IMG/VR virus record: IMGVR_UViG_3300045995_000345
Location: 1 to 64,000 of that record
DNA: 64,000 bases
Reading direction: 5' to 3' (one strand)
Origin: a virus
Positions 47,336 to 55,830 of the stretch are shown here, piece after piece. Position 1 is the first letter of the stretch. Each line of letters opens with the position of its first letter. The notes beneath the pieces are model-generated. The model was not told the DNA's origin. It ran no database searches and saw only the letters and a program-made list of their open reading frames with translations. Position numbers and translations under genes: made by a program.

Positions 47336-47712
47336 GGTTTTCGTGGTGAGAAGTCCTGACCGTCCAAGTTCGGGCGGTTCGGGTCTTTGGTTTTCGGTTT
47401 CGTGATGAACTCGGTGTTGCTGGTTTTCAGTCCAAGGATCTGCCGGAACTGCTGATTGAGTGCAACCGACATCCCGCCGATGGCCGAGCCAAGGACGATG
47501 TTGTAAACGAGCGGGCTCTTGACAGTCGGAACTTGCTTGGCGATGTCAGCGATGAACGGATAGACCAACGCCCCGACAGCCATCGCGATCATCGGCAGCG
47601 CCCAGTCTGGGGGCCACGGTGTTCGCTTGAGCGCGTACAGCAATAGGTTTATCGCCAAGGCCAATATCAGCGGAGGGCTCGCCTCAAGGAGTGTGTTGAT
47701 CGTTTCGTTCAT
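47332..47712 (-). CDS. holin-like membrane protein
   Basis: Three hydrophobic segments, ALKRTPWPPDWALP loop, basic C-terminus. Confidence 0.6.
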   Translation of the reverse strand: MNETINTLLEASPPLILALAINLLLYALKRTPWPPDWALPMIAMAVGALVYPFIADIAKQVPTVKSPLVYNIVLGSAIGGMSVALNQQFRQILGLKTSNTEFITKPKTKDPNRPNLDGQDFSPRKP

Positions 47713-48086
47713 GCCGGTTTCTGAGCGGCCGTAACTGCTGCAAGTGCGGCCATTACAGCCGTTGAGTGCGCGGGCACGTCATTGAGCGTTTTCCCCGCCG
47801 GCAACCCAAGCACAAGCGCCAAGTCGTTCAACGTGTTGGCGGCCCAATCGGTGTCATAATTCGCTGGCAGAACGAGCCCGTCACACAGCCCTACGGCCCG
47901 GCCCTTAATCGGGTTCGTGAGCGGGAGCGCGCTCATTACGTTGGTCGCATGTCGAACCAGGGATCCGATCGTGTTGTCCTCGTCCAGTTTCAGGATGCTC
48001 GCCGATTTGACGAGGATGCTAGTCGCCCAGTTCTCCAGACTCTCGCCTTGGAGGTTCATTCCGGTGGGGATAGCGATTCGTGTCAT
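47709..48086 (-). CDS. hypothetical protein
   Basis: ATGA overlaps at both ends. Confidence 0.55.
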   Translation of the reverse strand: MTRIAIPTGMNLQGESLENWATSILVKSASILKLDEDNTIGSLVRHATNVMSALPLTNPIKGRAVGLCDGLVLPANYDTDWAANTLNDLALVLGLPAGKTLNDVPAHSTAVMAALAAVTAAQKPA

Positions 48087-48451
48087 GATGTTCTGCTTTC
48101 TTCCTTGGCCACCAAGGCGGTTACTTTTTCTTTTAGGTCGTTTTCTGCAAGTTTCTGGACAAGGGTAGCGTTTGCCTTGCTGATTTCGAGAACCTGCGCG
48201 GTGAGATCCGAGATTTTGTTATCCAGAGCAGTCTTGGAACTATTCACTGCAACGTGGATCTTCGTTAGTTCGTCGGTCTGTCGCTTCGACTCTGCGTTGA
48301 TCTTCGCCATGAAAATGCCGATGATGCTAGGGACGGCCAGACCAAGAATACCAACCAGCGCCATCAAGATTGGATTCCAGTCGGTTGCCACAGCGGCAGC
48401 GCCGAGAGTTGCGAGTTGGCCGGAAGCCAAGAGTGCTGGGTGATGGATCAT
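48083..48451 (-). CDS. membrane protein with coiled coil (holin/antiholin-like)
   Basis: TM segment then IHVAVNS coiled coil. Confidence 0.55.
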   Translation of the reverse strand: MIHHPALLASGQLATLGAAAVATDWNPILMALVGILGLAVPSIIGIFMAKINAESKRQTDELTKIHVAVNSSKTALDNKISDLTAQVLEISKANATLVQKLAENDLKEKVTALVAKEESRTS

Positions 48452-48455
48452 AATA

Positions 48456-48683
48456 TCACCAGTGAATGAAACGAGGGTGATCCGTCACTGTGCCGTTCAG
48501 GATGTCGATGATCACCACCACAGTCAGGATAACGAGGATGACAGTCGCAACCTTCTTCCACGGCTCCGGTGGGTTGATCACCCCGAGCGCCCACCATAGG
48601 ACCCAGAAGATGATGCCCCACTTGCACACTTCCCAAAGAAGGGCAGCAAGGCCCCCGCCGCTGATGAGAGCGAGGAGGGTCAC
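48456..48683 (-). CDS. small two-TM membrane protein
   Basis: IIFWVLWWALGVINPPEPWKKVATVILVIL. Confidence 0.65.
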   Translation of the reverse strand: MTLLALISGGGLAALLWEVCKWGIIFWVLWWALGVINPPEPWKKVATVILVILTVVVIIDILNGTVTDHPRFIHW

Positions 48684-49042
48684 TTGCCACCCCCGAGCGC
48701 AGCCTCCACCGCGTTAGTCACTCCCAGTTTGTTCGCCTCGGCGATCAACTTGTTGACGAACGCCAGTTCCTTCGCTTGTCGGGCGTTGATCTCCACGATC
48801 TCCGCCTGCTTTTGCGCCACCTGAGCGTCCCATTGTTTCTGGATCTCGTCCCGCTGCTTCAGAAGAAAGTCGTAGCTGAACTGTTTTGCCGGCAGCACCT
48901 TCGCCGCGACGATCTCCTGCGGTACCGTCTCAACTACTGAGATTGTGCCGCTGTTGACCTTCGTGTAGGTGTTGGTCTGTGCGACCAAAGCGAGACAGGC
49001 AACGGCCGATACGCAAAGGGTGAGTGTGAGTTTCTTGTTCAT
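48680..49042 (-). CDS. signal-peptide coiled-coil protein
   Basis: MNKKLTLTLCVSAVACLALVAQ; C-terminal coiled coil. Confidence 0.6.
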   Translation of the reverse strand: MNKKLTLTLCVSAVACLALVAQTNTYTKVNSGTISVVETVPQEIVAAKVLPAKQFSYDFLLKQRDEIQKQWDAQVAQKQAEIVEINARQAKELAFVNKLIAEANKLGVTNAVEAALGGGK

Positions 49043-49105
49043 AGGAGTTGGATTTTCTTCGAGATTTGCTTGTGTTGTATGTTACGCTGTGAAATAATTA
49101 TCGAC

Positions 49106-49726
49106 ATGTCCTGGAAATACAAAGACCGGCCCAGACTTTACCGCATATTTGGCAATATGTGTTCTCGTTGTCGCAATCCCAAATTGCCAAGTTTTCCCAA
49201 TTATGGAGGACGTGGTATTTCTGTATGCCCCGAGTGGAAGCGTTACAAACCATTTGAACAATGGGCTTTGAACAACGGATATGAAGCTGGACTGACCATT
49301 GAACGCATTGACAACAATGGAAATTACTCTCCCGAGAATTGCACATGGATTACACATTCGCAACAGACTAGAAACAAAAGAACCAATAGTCACATTACCA
49401 TTTTTAATGAGACTAAAACTGTGGTTGAATGGTCGGAAGACTCCCGTTGTAAAGTTTCCAATTCCTTGTTTCGGAACAGACTGCGTAAACAATGGAATCC
49501 CGAAGACGCCCTTACTGAGCCTAAGCAAGCTATTGCAAAACAAGAATCTCGATTGATTACCCATGCAGGCAGAACTCTGACACTCTTTAATTGGTGTAAA
49601 GTCCTTGGTTTGAAACCGGCCGCTATCTACGCGAGATGCTATCGGGGACTTACCCCAAGGGAGATTCTGGCTCCCGTTAAGAGAGTTGCCGCTTACGGAT
49701 CTAAGAAAGTTACTCACAAGACTTAA
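49106..49726 (+). mobile_element. free-standing HNH homing endonuclease gene
   Basis: NMCSRC...NYGGRGISVCPEW...LTIERIDNNGNYSPENCTW...QTRN; AT-rich; antisense to neighbours. Confidence 0.85.
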
Positions 49727-51006
49727 ATCTTCTTGATGACCGCCTCAGCCGAGTAGGTGCAGCCCGTGAATGTGCCCGTCGTCGCGATGGTAATTGTTGT
49801 GTTGGCTTTAACTCGCAGGTGCAGTGCCACGCCCTCGTAGGGAACTGCTCCATTGGCGAAGTTGACGATCGCCACTGAAGCTCCGGCCAGCGTGATGAAC
49901 GGCAAGGTGAGCGTTCGAGCGGTATTGCCCTCATCCGTGTAGACACAGGTGACGGTGAAGTTCTCCGTGCCAGAAGTTGTTACCAGAACATTAGCCGACA
50001 CCTCGTAGCTCCAGTCCGATGGTCCAGCGGTATGAGTCGCAACCGAAGCGTTGGCTGCTGTCTGAGCCGTCACCCGTCCGGTAGTGGTGGTCACGATCTT
50101 GCTGCGGACTGCACCAGTGGTCCGCGTGAAGTAAAGGGTATCAGTCAGAAACTCCATCGCTCCAGCTTCAGCCGTGGTAGTCAACGTGCCGGAAGTGAAT
50201 TTGAGCGGTGCTGTATTAGCCGTAGCTGTGCCGGCTTTCAGCATCACGACTGCGGTTGGTTCGGGCGTCCCCAACCCGACGTTGCCGCTTTCTCTTATGA
50301 CCATTGCTGTATTGGGTGTTCCACCCTTACTGACAACGAATTTTATGGCATTTTGGTCGGTGCCGTTTATTCCGGCAGGAACATATCCCACCACTCTCGC
50401 TGTTCTAGCCGCAACACTAGTTTGGAAATCAAGAGACCCGAACTCCCTATCGCTTGGGTCTGAACCTGGCGTCAGTCCTATATTCGAGACGATAAGTTTC
50501 TTGAATGTCGAGTTGCCACTGTAGGACAGATGCAGCAAATCGCTCGGCGTCAGCGTCCCGATCCCAACATTCCCATTCGTCGTCGCAAGCGTCGTCGTGT
50601 AAATCAGGTTCGACATCGCATTAGCCCTGTCGCTCGCCGTCGCGAACTCGCCGAGGAAGTTGGCTTTGTGGAGGTCACCAATCCCACCCCGTTCAAGCCA
50701 GCGCCCGGCATACCCCGTGGGCTTGAACACCGAGTTAGTGTTGGTGGCCGTGGAGGAACTGGCGTCGTAGTAGAACAGGCCGCCCAGACCATCTGTAGCC
50801 GTGGCCCGCCCAAGGGTGAAGACATCCGGGGTCGTCTGGCTGGGCGCGACCAGCACCAGTTGCGCTGTCGTGTTGACCACACGGGGGACGCGTATGGTTG
50901 GGGTGGCGATTGCCGCGCCGAACAGGTCGCAGAGCGCGAGCACGCCGCCCAGTAGTGAACCAATGATGTAACCCCGCAAGAAGCAGAGTGAGAAGTTGCG
51001 TTTCAT
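49723..51006 (-). CDS. tailspike/fibre-like protein with N-terminal hydrophobic leader
   Basis: TLGRATATDGLGGLFYYD...GRW (tailspike N-domain type), NGNVGIGT/SGNVGLGT repeats. Confidence 0.65.
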   Translation of the reverse strand: MKRNFSLCFLRGYIIGSLLGGVLALCDLFGAAIATPTIRVPRVVNTTAQLVLVAPSQTTPDVFTLGRATATDGLGGLFYYDASSSTATNTNSVFKPTGYAGRWLERGGIGDLHKANFLGEFATASDRANAMSNLIYTTTLATTNGNVGIGTLTPSDLLHLSYSGNSTFKKLIVSNIGLTPGSDPSDREFGSLDFQTSVAARTARVVGYVPAGINGTDQNAIKFVVSKGGTPNTAMVIRESGNVGLGTPEPTAVVMLKAGTATANTAPLKFTSGTLTTTAEAGAMEFLTDTLYFTRTTGAVRSKIVTTTTGRVTAQTAANASVATHTAGPSDWSYEVSANVLVTTSGTENFTVTCVYTDEGNTARTLTLPFITLAGASVAIVNFANGAVPYEGVALHLRVKANTTITIATTGTFTGCTYSAEAVIKKI

Positions 51007-51007
51007 G

Positions 51008-51604
51008 TTAGAAAGAGGTAATGCGAACCCATTGGCCGGTTCCTGGATCGTTGATGACATTCACGGCGTCTGGAGTAAGAGTCTGCGACATAGAGCCCCG
51101 GAACAACCCGCTCCGGCCGAGTCCGGCGGAGTCGTAAACCATCATGGGGAGCCCTTCGATTGTCACTGTCTGTGAACCAATATCGGTGAAGTTTACCCAC
51201 ACTCCAGTACCAGTCGCGTTGGTTGTTCCCCCCGCCATCGTGGTGCCCGAAACACTGATGGATGCTGTGTCGCTCGAACTGATGGGAATTGTGTTGCCCG
51301 ATAAGCCAGGCACGGTGGCGATTACGTAAACTCTCGTTCCGGTGTACGATGCGTAGAGAAAATTGATCGGATTCCCGAGGGTGGCATCTCCAATCGCTGA
51401 ACCGAGAATGTTTCGGCACGCGTTGATGGCATTGCTTAGGGACTTTGCCACATCGAAGGTGCTGTTGCCGGAAAAGTCTGTGCCGAACGTATAAGTCCGG
51501 AGCCCAGCCGTAATGGTCATCCCGATGGCTGGAACAGCACTGACCGTGAAGTAGCCGGTGGCCGGAAGGCCAAACGGCATGTAATATGTAAAACCAGGAT
51601 TCAT
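51008..51604 (-). CDS. virion accessory/fibre-like protein
   Basis: Thr/Gly-rich beta protein; ATVPGLSGNTI...TMAGG. Confidence 0.55.
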   Translation of the reverse strand: MNPGFTYYMPFGLPATGYFTVSAVPAIGMTITAGLRTYTFGTDFSGNSTFDVAKSLSNAINACRNILGSAIGDATLGNPINFLYASYTGTRVYVIATVPGLSGNTIPISSSDTASISVSGTTMAGGTTNATGTGVWVNFTDIGSQTVTIEGLPMMVYDSAGLGRSGLFRGSMSQTLTPDAVNVINDPGTGQWVRITSF

Positions 51605-51708
51605 CGCATCCTCTTGTTTTCAGATTGTTTGGAACGCTTTACTGCATTGGATGTTCCTTTAATCCCTGAAGAAGAGTTTAGTCAAGCGAAGTTTCTTGAA
51701 ATAGTCCA

Positions 51709-51736
51709 TTGACCTGATTGGGCACAAGAGTATTTT
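51709..51736 (+). promoter_or_regulatory. sigma70-like promoter for recT operon (divergent region 51605-51787)
   Basis: TTGACC-16 nt-TATTTT in an AT-rich divergent gap. Confidence 0.5.
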
Positions 51737-51787
51737 GGAAGCATGAAAATCAGCCAGAGACAGTAAAACACCAACCTCACCATCACC

Positions 51788-53137
51788 ATGTCTGAGCAGC
51801 AACAAACCAAAGCACTCTCAACGATCGATACAGCGAAGTCGTTCCTCGCGGACCCGGCGCTCCTGGCGCAAATCAGGGTCGCGTGTTCGCGCACCATGAC
51901 CCCGGAGCGGGTTGCGCGAATTGCCCTCACGGCGGTCCTGTCCTCACCGAAGCTGGGCCAGTGTTTCATGACGAAGCCCGGGAAGGCGTCCATTGCCAAG
52001 GCGCTGATCACGGCCAGTCAGCGCGGGCTGGAATGCGACGGCAGGCAGGGGCACCTCGTTCCGTTCAACTGCAAGCAACCGGACGGCACCTCGGCAATGA
52101 CCGCCCAATTCCTGCCGGGTTACCAGGGCTTGATCGACCTCGCCTACAACCATCCCAACGTCGGCGCAATCTGGGCGGAAGCCGTGTTTGAGAAGGACGA
52201 GTTCGCCTACCGTAAGGGATTGGACCGAGAGCTGAGTCACGTCCCCTACGCTGGCGAGGATGATCCCGGTCCGCTGGTGGCGACTTATGCTGTCTGCGAA
52301 ATGAGGAGTGGATCGAAGGTGTTCGTGGTTCTGTTCCCTCGCGACATCAAAAAGATCATCGCCTTCTCCGCCAGCGCCGCCGGCGAAGATTCGATCTGGA
52401 AGAAGCACCCGGAGTCCATGTGGAAGAAGTCGGCCATTCGTGCCCTGTGCAAGTACATCCCGCAGTCCAACGAGCTGCGCGACCTGCTGAACGACGAAGA
52501 CGAAATTGACCGCTCGATTGGTGGAACTTCCCTTGGCGGATCCTTTGCGGACATGAAGCCGGCGAACGTGACGCCGTTGCCGCAGGTGGGGGATGCGATG
52601 ACGGCCACGCCTCCGGTGGCAGCCACTCCGTTGCCGCCGCAACCCCAACCTCCGGTCGCAGTCACCGCTCCGCCGCCGGTTGCCGAACCTGCCAAGCGAG
52701 GCCCTGGCCGTCCTAGAAAGCCAGTTTCCAGCGACATGCCTACGGATGTCACTCCTCCGGCTGAACCCGAAACCGATGCTGCTCCGTCCGATCCTGCGCT
52801 TCCTCCGGACTCAACTCCTGCTGCTACCGAGCCTGAACTTCCAGCCGAAGACTTCATCAACGTCACCCGCGCCACCGACCCGGCCAGCAACCACCACAAG
52901 CTGATGCTGGCGGTTGAGGGCGTGGACGTCCCGGTCAAGATCACGGATCTCGCCGGGGCTGTAACCACGTCCAGCCGCAAGGCCACGTTCAAAGACTTCC
53001 GCGATCTGGCAATCGGTTCGGGCTGGTTTGGTGAGACCGTTAAGAACTGGCCCTCTGTGCCGCAGGAGATTGCGGACATGCTTGTCGTCAGGCAGAAGGC
53101 CCTGGCGAAGAAACTCGCTGACGCGGCCACAGCCTAA
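51788..53137 (+). CDS. recT: RecT-family single-strand annealing protein
   Basis: MTPERVARIAL, GHLVPF, AQFLPGYQGLIDLA, WKKHPESMWKKSAIRALCKYIP. Confidence 0.9.
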   Translation: MSEQQQTKALSTIDTAKSFLADPALLAQIRVACSRTMTPERVARIALTAVLSSPKLGQCFMTKPGKASIAKALITASQRGLECDGRQGHLVPFNCKQPDGTSAMTAQFLPGYQGLIDLAYNHPNVGAIWAEAVFEKDEFAYRKGLDRELSHVPYAGEDDPGPLVATYAVCEMRSGSKVFVVLFPRDIKKIIAFSASAAGEDSIWKKHPESMWKKSAIRALCKYIPQSNELRDLLNDEDEIDRSIGGTSLGGSFADMKPANVTPLPQVGDAMTATPPVAATPLPPQPQPPVAVTAPPPVAEPAKRGPGRPRKPVSSDMPTDVTPPAEPETDAAPSDPALPPDSTPAATEPELPAEDFINVTRATDPASNHHKLMLAVEGVDVPVKITDLAGAVTTSSRKATFKDFRDLAIGSGWFGETVKNWPSVPQEIADMLVVRQKALAKKLADAATA

Positions 53138-53152
53138 CCCGCTCTACAACCC

Positions 53153-54274
53153 ATGGAAGACGAGCGCAAAGGTTGTCCGTCGGCTTCCGGTATGCAGCGG
53201 TACGCGCTGTGTGCCGGGAGCTGGCCCTTGGAGCAGAGCCTCTCCATTCCCGAGTTCACATCTGAATGGGCTGAGTCCGGCACTCGCATTCACGATTACG
53301 TTCGGCTTGGGTTACGCGGCACAGACGAATCTGCGAAACTCAAGGATGATGCGGAGCGCGAGACTGGCTCTGCCATTCTTGAGCAGACCAAGGTGCTGAT
53401 CGAGGACGCCATCACGCACTGGGCCGATGGTGGAAGGCCAACGGAATACACGGAGGTCCGCCTCTGGGACACGCCGCTGTCCAGCATTACTGGCGGTAAG
53501 ACCTATTCCGGGAAGTTCGACCTTATGCTGATCGATTCCAGTGGCCAGCGAGCCATCCTGATCGATTACAAGTCCGGCTGGGGTGAAGTCCCACCTGCCG
53601 ACCAGAACCTTCAGATGCGCTGTTACGCGGCCCTGGCGCGCATCAACTACAACGTCCGCAGCATCATCGTAGCCATCGTTCAGCCCAACAAAGGAAAGCC
53701 ATCCGTGGCGCATTACAGCGAGACGGACTTGGTTGAGTCGGTGAAGTGGATTCGCGCAACCATCTCTGCCTGTCACGAACCTGGTGCGCCACGAAAAGCC
53801 GCAGCCGCAGCCTGCAAATACTGCAATGCCAAATCGAAATGTCCCGAAGCCACTGAAGTCCTTATGAACCTCGCCACCGGAGTTATCCCCAGCGATTTTG
53901 CGTCTGCCCTTGAGCAGACTGAGATCGCCAAGCTCGTCATCAAAGACATCGAGCAACGCGCCAAAGCGGAACTCGAAAAGGATCCAGCCTGCATTCCTGG
54001 CTGGCACCTGAAGCCGGGCAACACTCGGCGCACGGCGCCTGAAGTTACCAATGTCCAACAACGGGTGGTTGACCTGCTGCCGTTGGAGAAGTTCCTGCCG
54101 TGCTGCACGGTGGCGATTGGCAAGCTGGAGAAGGCTTACAGCAAGAGCGCCGGGCTCAAAGGAGAAACTGGCAAGAAGGCGCTGGAATCCAGGCTGGGTG
54201 AACTGATCGTCAAGAAACAGAACGCCCCCACGCTGGCGCGAGTCGGCGCTGAGGACGAAGAAGGAGAGGAGTGA
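53153..54274 (+). CDS. PD-(D/E)xK nuclease (DUF2800/Cas4-like), RecT partner
   Basis: SAS...CAGS, AESGTRIH, SGKFD, LIDYKSG, NLQMRCYA, CKYCNAKSKCP. Confidence 0.85.
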   Translation: MEDERKGCPSASGMQRYALCAGSWPLEQSLSIPEFTSEWAESGTRIHDYVRLGLRGTDESAKLKDDAERETGSAILEQTKVLIEDAITHWADGGRPTEYTEVRLWDTPLSSITGGKTYSGKFDLMLIDSSGQRAILIDYKSGWGEVPPADQNLQMRCYAALARINYNVRSIIVAIVQPNKGKPSVAHYSETDLVESVKWIRATISACHEPGAPRKAAAAACKYCNAKSKCPEATEVLMNLATGVIPSDFASALEQTEIAKLVIKDIEQRAKAELEKDPACIPGWHLKPGNTRRTAPEVTNVQQRVVDLLPLEKFLPCCTVAIGKLEKAYSKSAGLKGETGKKALESRLGELIVKKQNAPTLARVGAEDEEGEE

Positions 54275-54279
54275 ACATC

Positions 54280-54450
54280 ATGAAGCTGACCAAAGAACAA
54301 TCATCCGAAATGCTCGACGCAGCCAAGCCGCTCATCAAGTGGCTCAACGAAAACTGTCACCCGCACTGCGAAGCGCACGTGAGCCAGACCACCGTTGAAC
54401 TCAATGAGGTGATTGCCAGCAACATCACCAACGAATACCTGCGAGATTAA
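54280..54450 (+). CDS. small hypothetical protein
   Basis: Read by hand: MKLTKEQSSEMLDAAKPLIKWLNENCHPH... Confidence 0.6.
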   Translation: MKLTKEQSSEMLDAAKPLIKWLNENCHPHCEAHVSQTTVELNEVIASNITNEYLRD

Positions 54451-54463
54451 CACCGTAATTCCC

Positions 54464-54625
54464 ATGCGCAAATTCATCGACAGCGCCGCCTTCCCGTGGG
54501 TGGTAACCATCGGGGCAGCCTTGCTGGTGCTCGCGCTCCGGGAGCTGGGCGTCACGTCCACGCTGGTTCTTCTGGCCGTCTGGTTCGGAATTGGACTTGG
54601 CGCCATGTCACTCCGCTTCAAATAG
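54464..54625 (+). CDS. small membrane protein
   Basis: Two hydrophobic segments. Confidence 0.5.
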   Translation: MRKFIDSAAFPWVVTIGAALLVLALRELGVTSTLVLLAVWFGIGLGAMSLRFK

Positions 54626-54627
54626 CC

Positions 54628-55467
54628 ATGCGCTTCCTGCTCCCATTGATCCTGTGCTACAGCGCCAGCGCCGCTGACTTGATGGATGGCATCGTAAAGG
54701 TGGAGTCCGGGGGCAGGAACGGCGCCAGGGGAGACAAGGTCCACGGCGTTCCGCATTCACGCGGCAAGACCCAGATCCAGAAGGACGCGTGGAACGATGC
54801 CTGCAAGCGTCTGCATGTCAGGTGGCGCTGGGAAACGGACGCGCACGATCCAGCCAAGACCATGATCGTTTCACGCAACCACCTCGACTGGCTGCGAGTT
54901 CAGTTCAAGTCCGCGACCGGAAGATCTCCCAGCGTTGCGGACGACTACGCACTCTGGAATCTGGGTTTCCAAGGGTACGCACGCCGGGGATTGCGCATTA
55001 CGAATACCCCGAAGAGAACGCAGAGGGCTGCGTCTGAGATTTCTCCCACCGCGCTCCGGGTAACACCGACGGCAAGATTAGGGATGGCCGCAACTGCGCG
55101 GGAAGGCGCGGCCCCCAAACTCGTAACGGGTAAATGCGGTCGAACCATGACCAACAGCGAGGACAGAGGTGACAGCCGGGAAAGACCGGCAACCGTCCTA
55201 CCCCTCCCGTCCGCCAACAACATCAAGGAGTCCGACCCAATCGGGGCGTTGGGGAACACAGACAACGCCATTCACAAACTCGGATCAAGGACGGGAGGCT
55301 CCCTTTCCCCCGCGCCCGCAGAGCTGGGATTTACTTCCAAACGTAAAACGCCCAGTGAAGCGAGCAAACCTGCCCAGCTTGTGCTGAAGCAGGGCGGGGC
55401 CACTTTCCATCCCGCGTTGGCGACCAGCGAAACGGCCGACAAGGCGACAGTGCGGACCAGTCGCTAA
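54628..55467 (+). CDS. lysozyme-like/transglycosylase with signal peptide; C-terminal 140 aa probably not a folded domain
   Basis: MRFLLPLILCYSASA; IVKVESGG...GD...SRGKTQI...WN.G. Confidence 0.7.
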   Translation: MRFLLPLILCYSASAADLMDGIVKVESGGRNGARGDKVHGVPHSRGKTQIQKDAWNDACKRLHVRWRWETDAHDPAKTMIVSRNHLDWLRVQFKSATGRSPSVADDYALWNLGFQGYARRGLRITNTPKRTQRAASEISPTALRVTPTARLGMAATAREGAAPKLVTGKCGRTMTNSEDRGDSRERPATVLPLPSANNIKESDPIGALGNTDNAIHKLGSRTGGSLSPAPAELGFTSKRKTPSEASKPAQLVLKQGGATFHPALATSETADKATVRTSR

Positions 55468-55476
55468 CGCGGGATG
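55050..55476 (+). ncRNA. array of structured RNA modules
   Basis: Consecutive nested stems including CCTCCCGTCC/GGACGGGAGG, GCCGG-GAAAGA-CCGGC and a 17-bp stem 55408-55424/55460-55476 with a G.U pair. Confidence 0.55.
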
Positions 55477-55477
55477 C

Positions 55478-55644
55478 TTGACTTCCTGAAATACTCAGTT
55501 ACTCCTTGAGTGAGTCCGAAAGGATTCACATCGACTCAACCCGGTGAAGACAGACACGACAATTCCGAACCTCCCACACGTTGGGGCAAGACGCCAGTCC
55601 TGCCCGGTTGAGCAGCGCGTGGGAGGTTCTGAGGTGTCACGATG
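55478..55644 (+). promoter_or_regulatory. promoter plus structured leader with uORF (copy B)
   Basis: TTGACT at 55478; CTCAACC(55535)/GGTTGAG(55606); stem 55567-55580/55616-55629; uORF 55544-55645 overlaps next ATG. Confidence 0.7.
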
Positions 55645-55830
55645 AAGTTGATATTCAGCAAGCAGGAGATCGCGCAGGCGGTCGAAGTTTACTGGGGCGG
55701 CGAATTACTCAACGCGGCAGAGAATTACACGGAGGGTGAGTGTGGTGTTTTTTACGACATGGAAACCGGGGAAATAACCGCTGAGATTGAGATCACCCAA
55801 AAGTCGTTGAGTGAAAGGAAGGCCGAATGA
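55642..55830 (+). CDS. small acidic hypothetical protein
   Basis: ATGA-coupled to the replication initiator. Confidence 0.6.
   Translation: MKLIFSKQEIAQAVEVYWGGELLNAAENYTEGECGVFYDMETGEITAEIEITQKSLSERKAE

Noticed and set aside
53153-54274. Cas4-like nuclease as evidence of a CRISPR system
   Set aside because: No array or other cas genes; adjacency to RecT fits a recombination exonuclease
9950-55476. tRNA genes in the structured intergenic regions
   Set aside because: No cloverleaf with a GTTCRA T-loop and matching acceptor stem found by eye
55506-55530. TGAGTCCGAAAGGA resembles hammerhead stem II
   Set aside because: Lacks the CTGATGA and CGAAA catalytic core
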